From positions 139,073,939 through 139,137,938 of the forward strand of contig NC_068982.1 in assembly GCF_001194135.2 (NCBI RefSeq): 64,000 nt of DNA. Reading direction: 5' to 3'. Below are positions 63,357 through 64,000 of this stretch, piece by piece. Source of the stretch: Octopus bimaculoides. Lineage: Eukaryota. Position 1 is the first letter of the stretch. Each line of letters begins with the position of its first letter. The translations under genes were made by a program, and so were the position numbers. The notes beneath the pieces were generated by a model. The model searched no databases, was not told the DNA's origin, and saw nothing but the letters and a program-made list of their open reading frames with translations.

Positions 63357-63969
63357 CTAAACCGGAATTGCACTCCAAAAAATGTTATACACTCTGTTTG
63401 GTGCCATATAAAGATGTATGTCAGGAATTGTAAAACTAAAAAGAAACAGTTTATGCGGAGTTTATGCAACAATGCCCAAAAATTTCACAGAAGGCATTTA
63501 CAATTGGTCAGTCATAAAAGGATATTGCCTTTATATGATAATGCAAGAGCATATATTATACATGTCACATAGGAACGCATCCTGGCACTAAATATGAAAG
63601 GTTAATACCCATTATCCCTACTCTTATGACCTTGTTCCTTCTGACAGTCATATTTTCTGATGACGGCTACAATATTTTCAGGGAAAACTATTTATAAATT
63701 ATGAAGGGGTTAAAAAATCTAACAATCGTTTCTTTGTTTCAAAATTTCAAGTATTTCACGCGCTGTGGATGAGGAAATTATCACATAGATGGCATTTTTT
63801 CGTCAATAACAAGAAGGATATATTCTCTTGATTGAATGTATCAATTAACACAAAGAAGCGTTTGTTTCTTCTGCTTCCTGATAAGCGACACGACTTATCT
63901 GCCAACCTGTCATGTCTTCTCACACACTCAGACATATTTACATGTATTGTACGCATATGCATATGAATA

Positions 63970-64000
<31 letters not shown>

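Overview
Eukaryotic, AT-rich, gap-rich genomic DNA with no prokaryotic-style genes. It is most likely from an octopus or other coleoid cephalopod, judged from the two dominant tRNA-derived SINE families and the dense (CA)/(TA)/(GA)/(TAA) microsatellites. Most of the window is interspersed repeat debris: SINEs (including head-to-tail arrays), Tc1/mariner, hAT, Tigger-like and Helentron-like non-autonomous elements, and RTE, CR1-like, R4/Dong-like and Penelope-like retroelement fragments. Nearly all long ORFs in the supplied track are microsatellite or N-run artefacts. The best host-gene signal is a phase-compatible chain of three minus-strand exons (63272-63356, 19782-19882, 13687-13761). It encodes a peptide I could not name, and most of the window would lie in its introns. 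The most interesting structures are: (1) five nested RLE-LINE 3' ends, each closed by (TAA)n, at 9.6-12.1 kb; (2) Penelope-associated type I hammerhead ribozyme motifs, with a near-complete one at 45332-45415 and a variant-core one at 9066-9102; (3) several long fold-back elements, including one with ~180-bp arms inside a SINE. All calls come from reading the sequence by eye; no database search was run.
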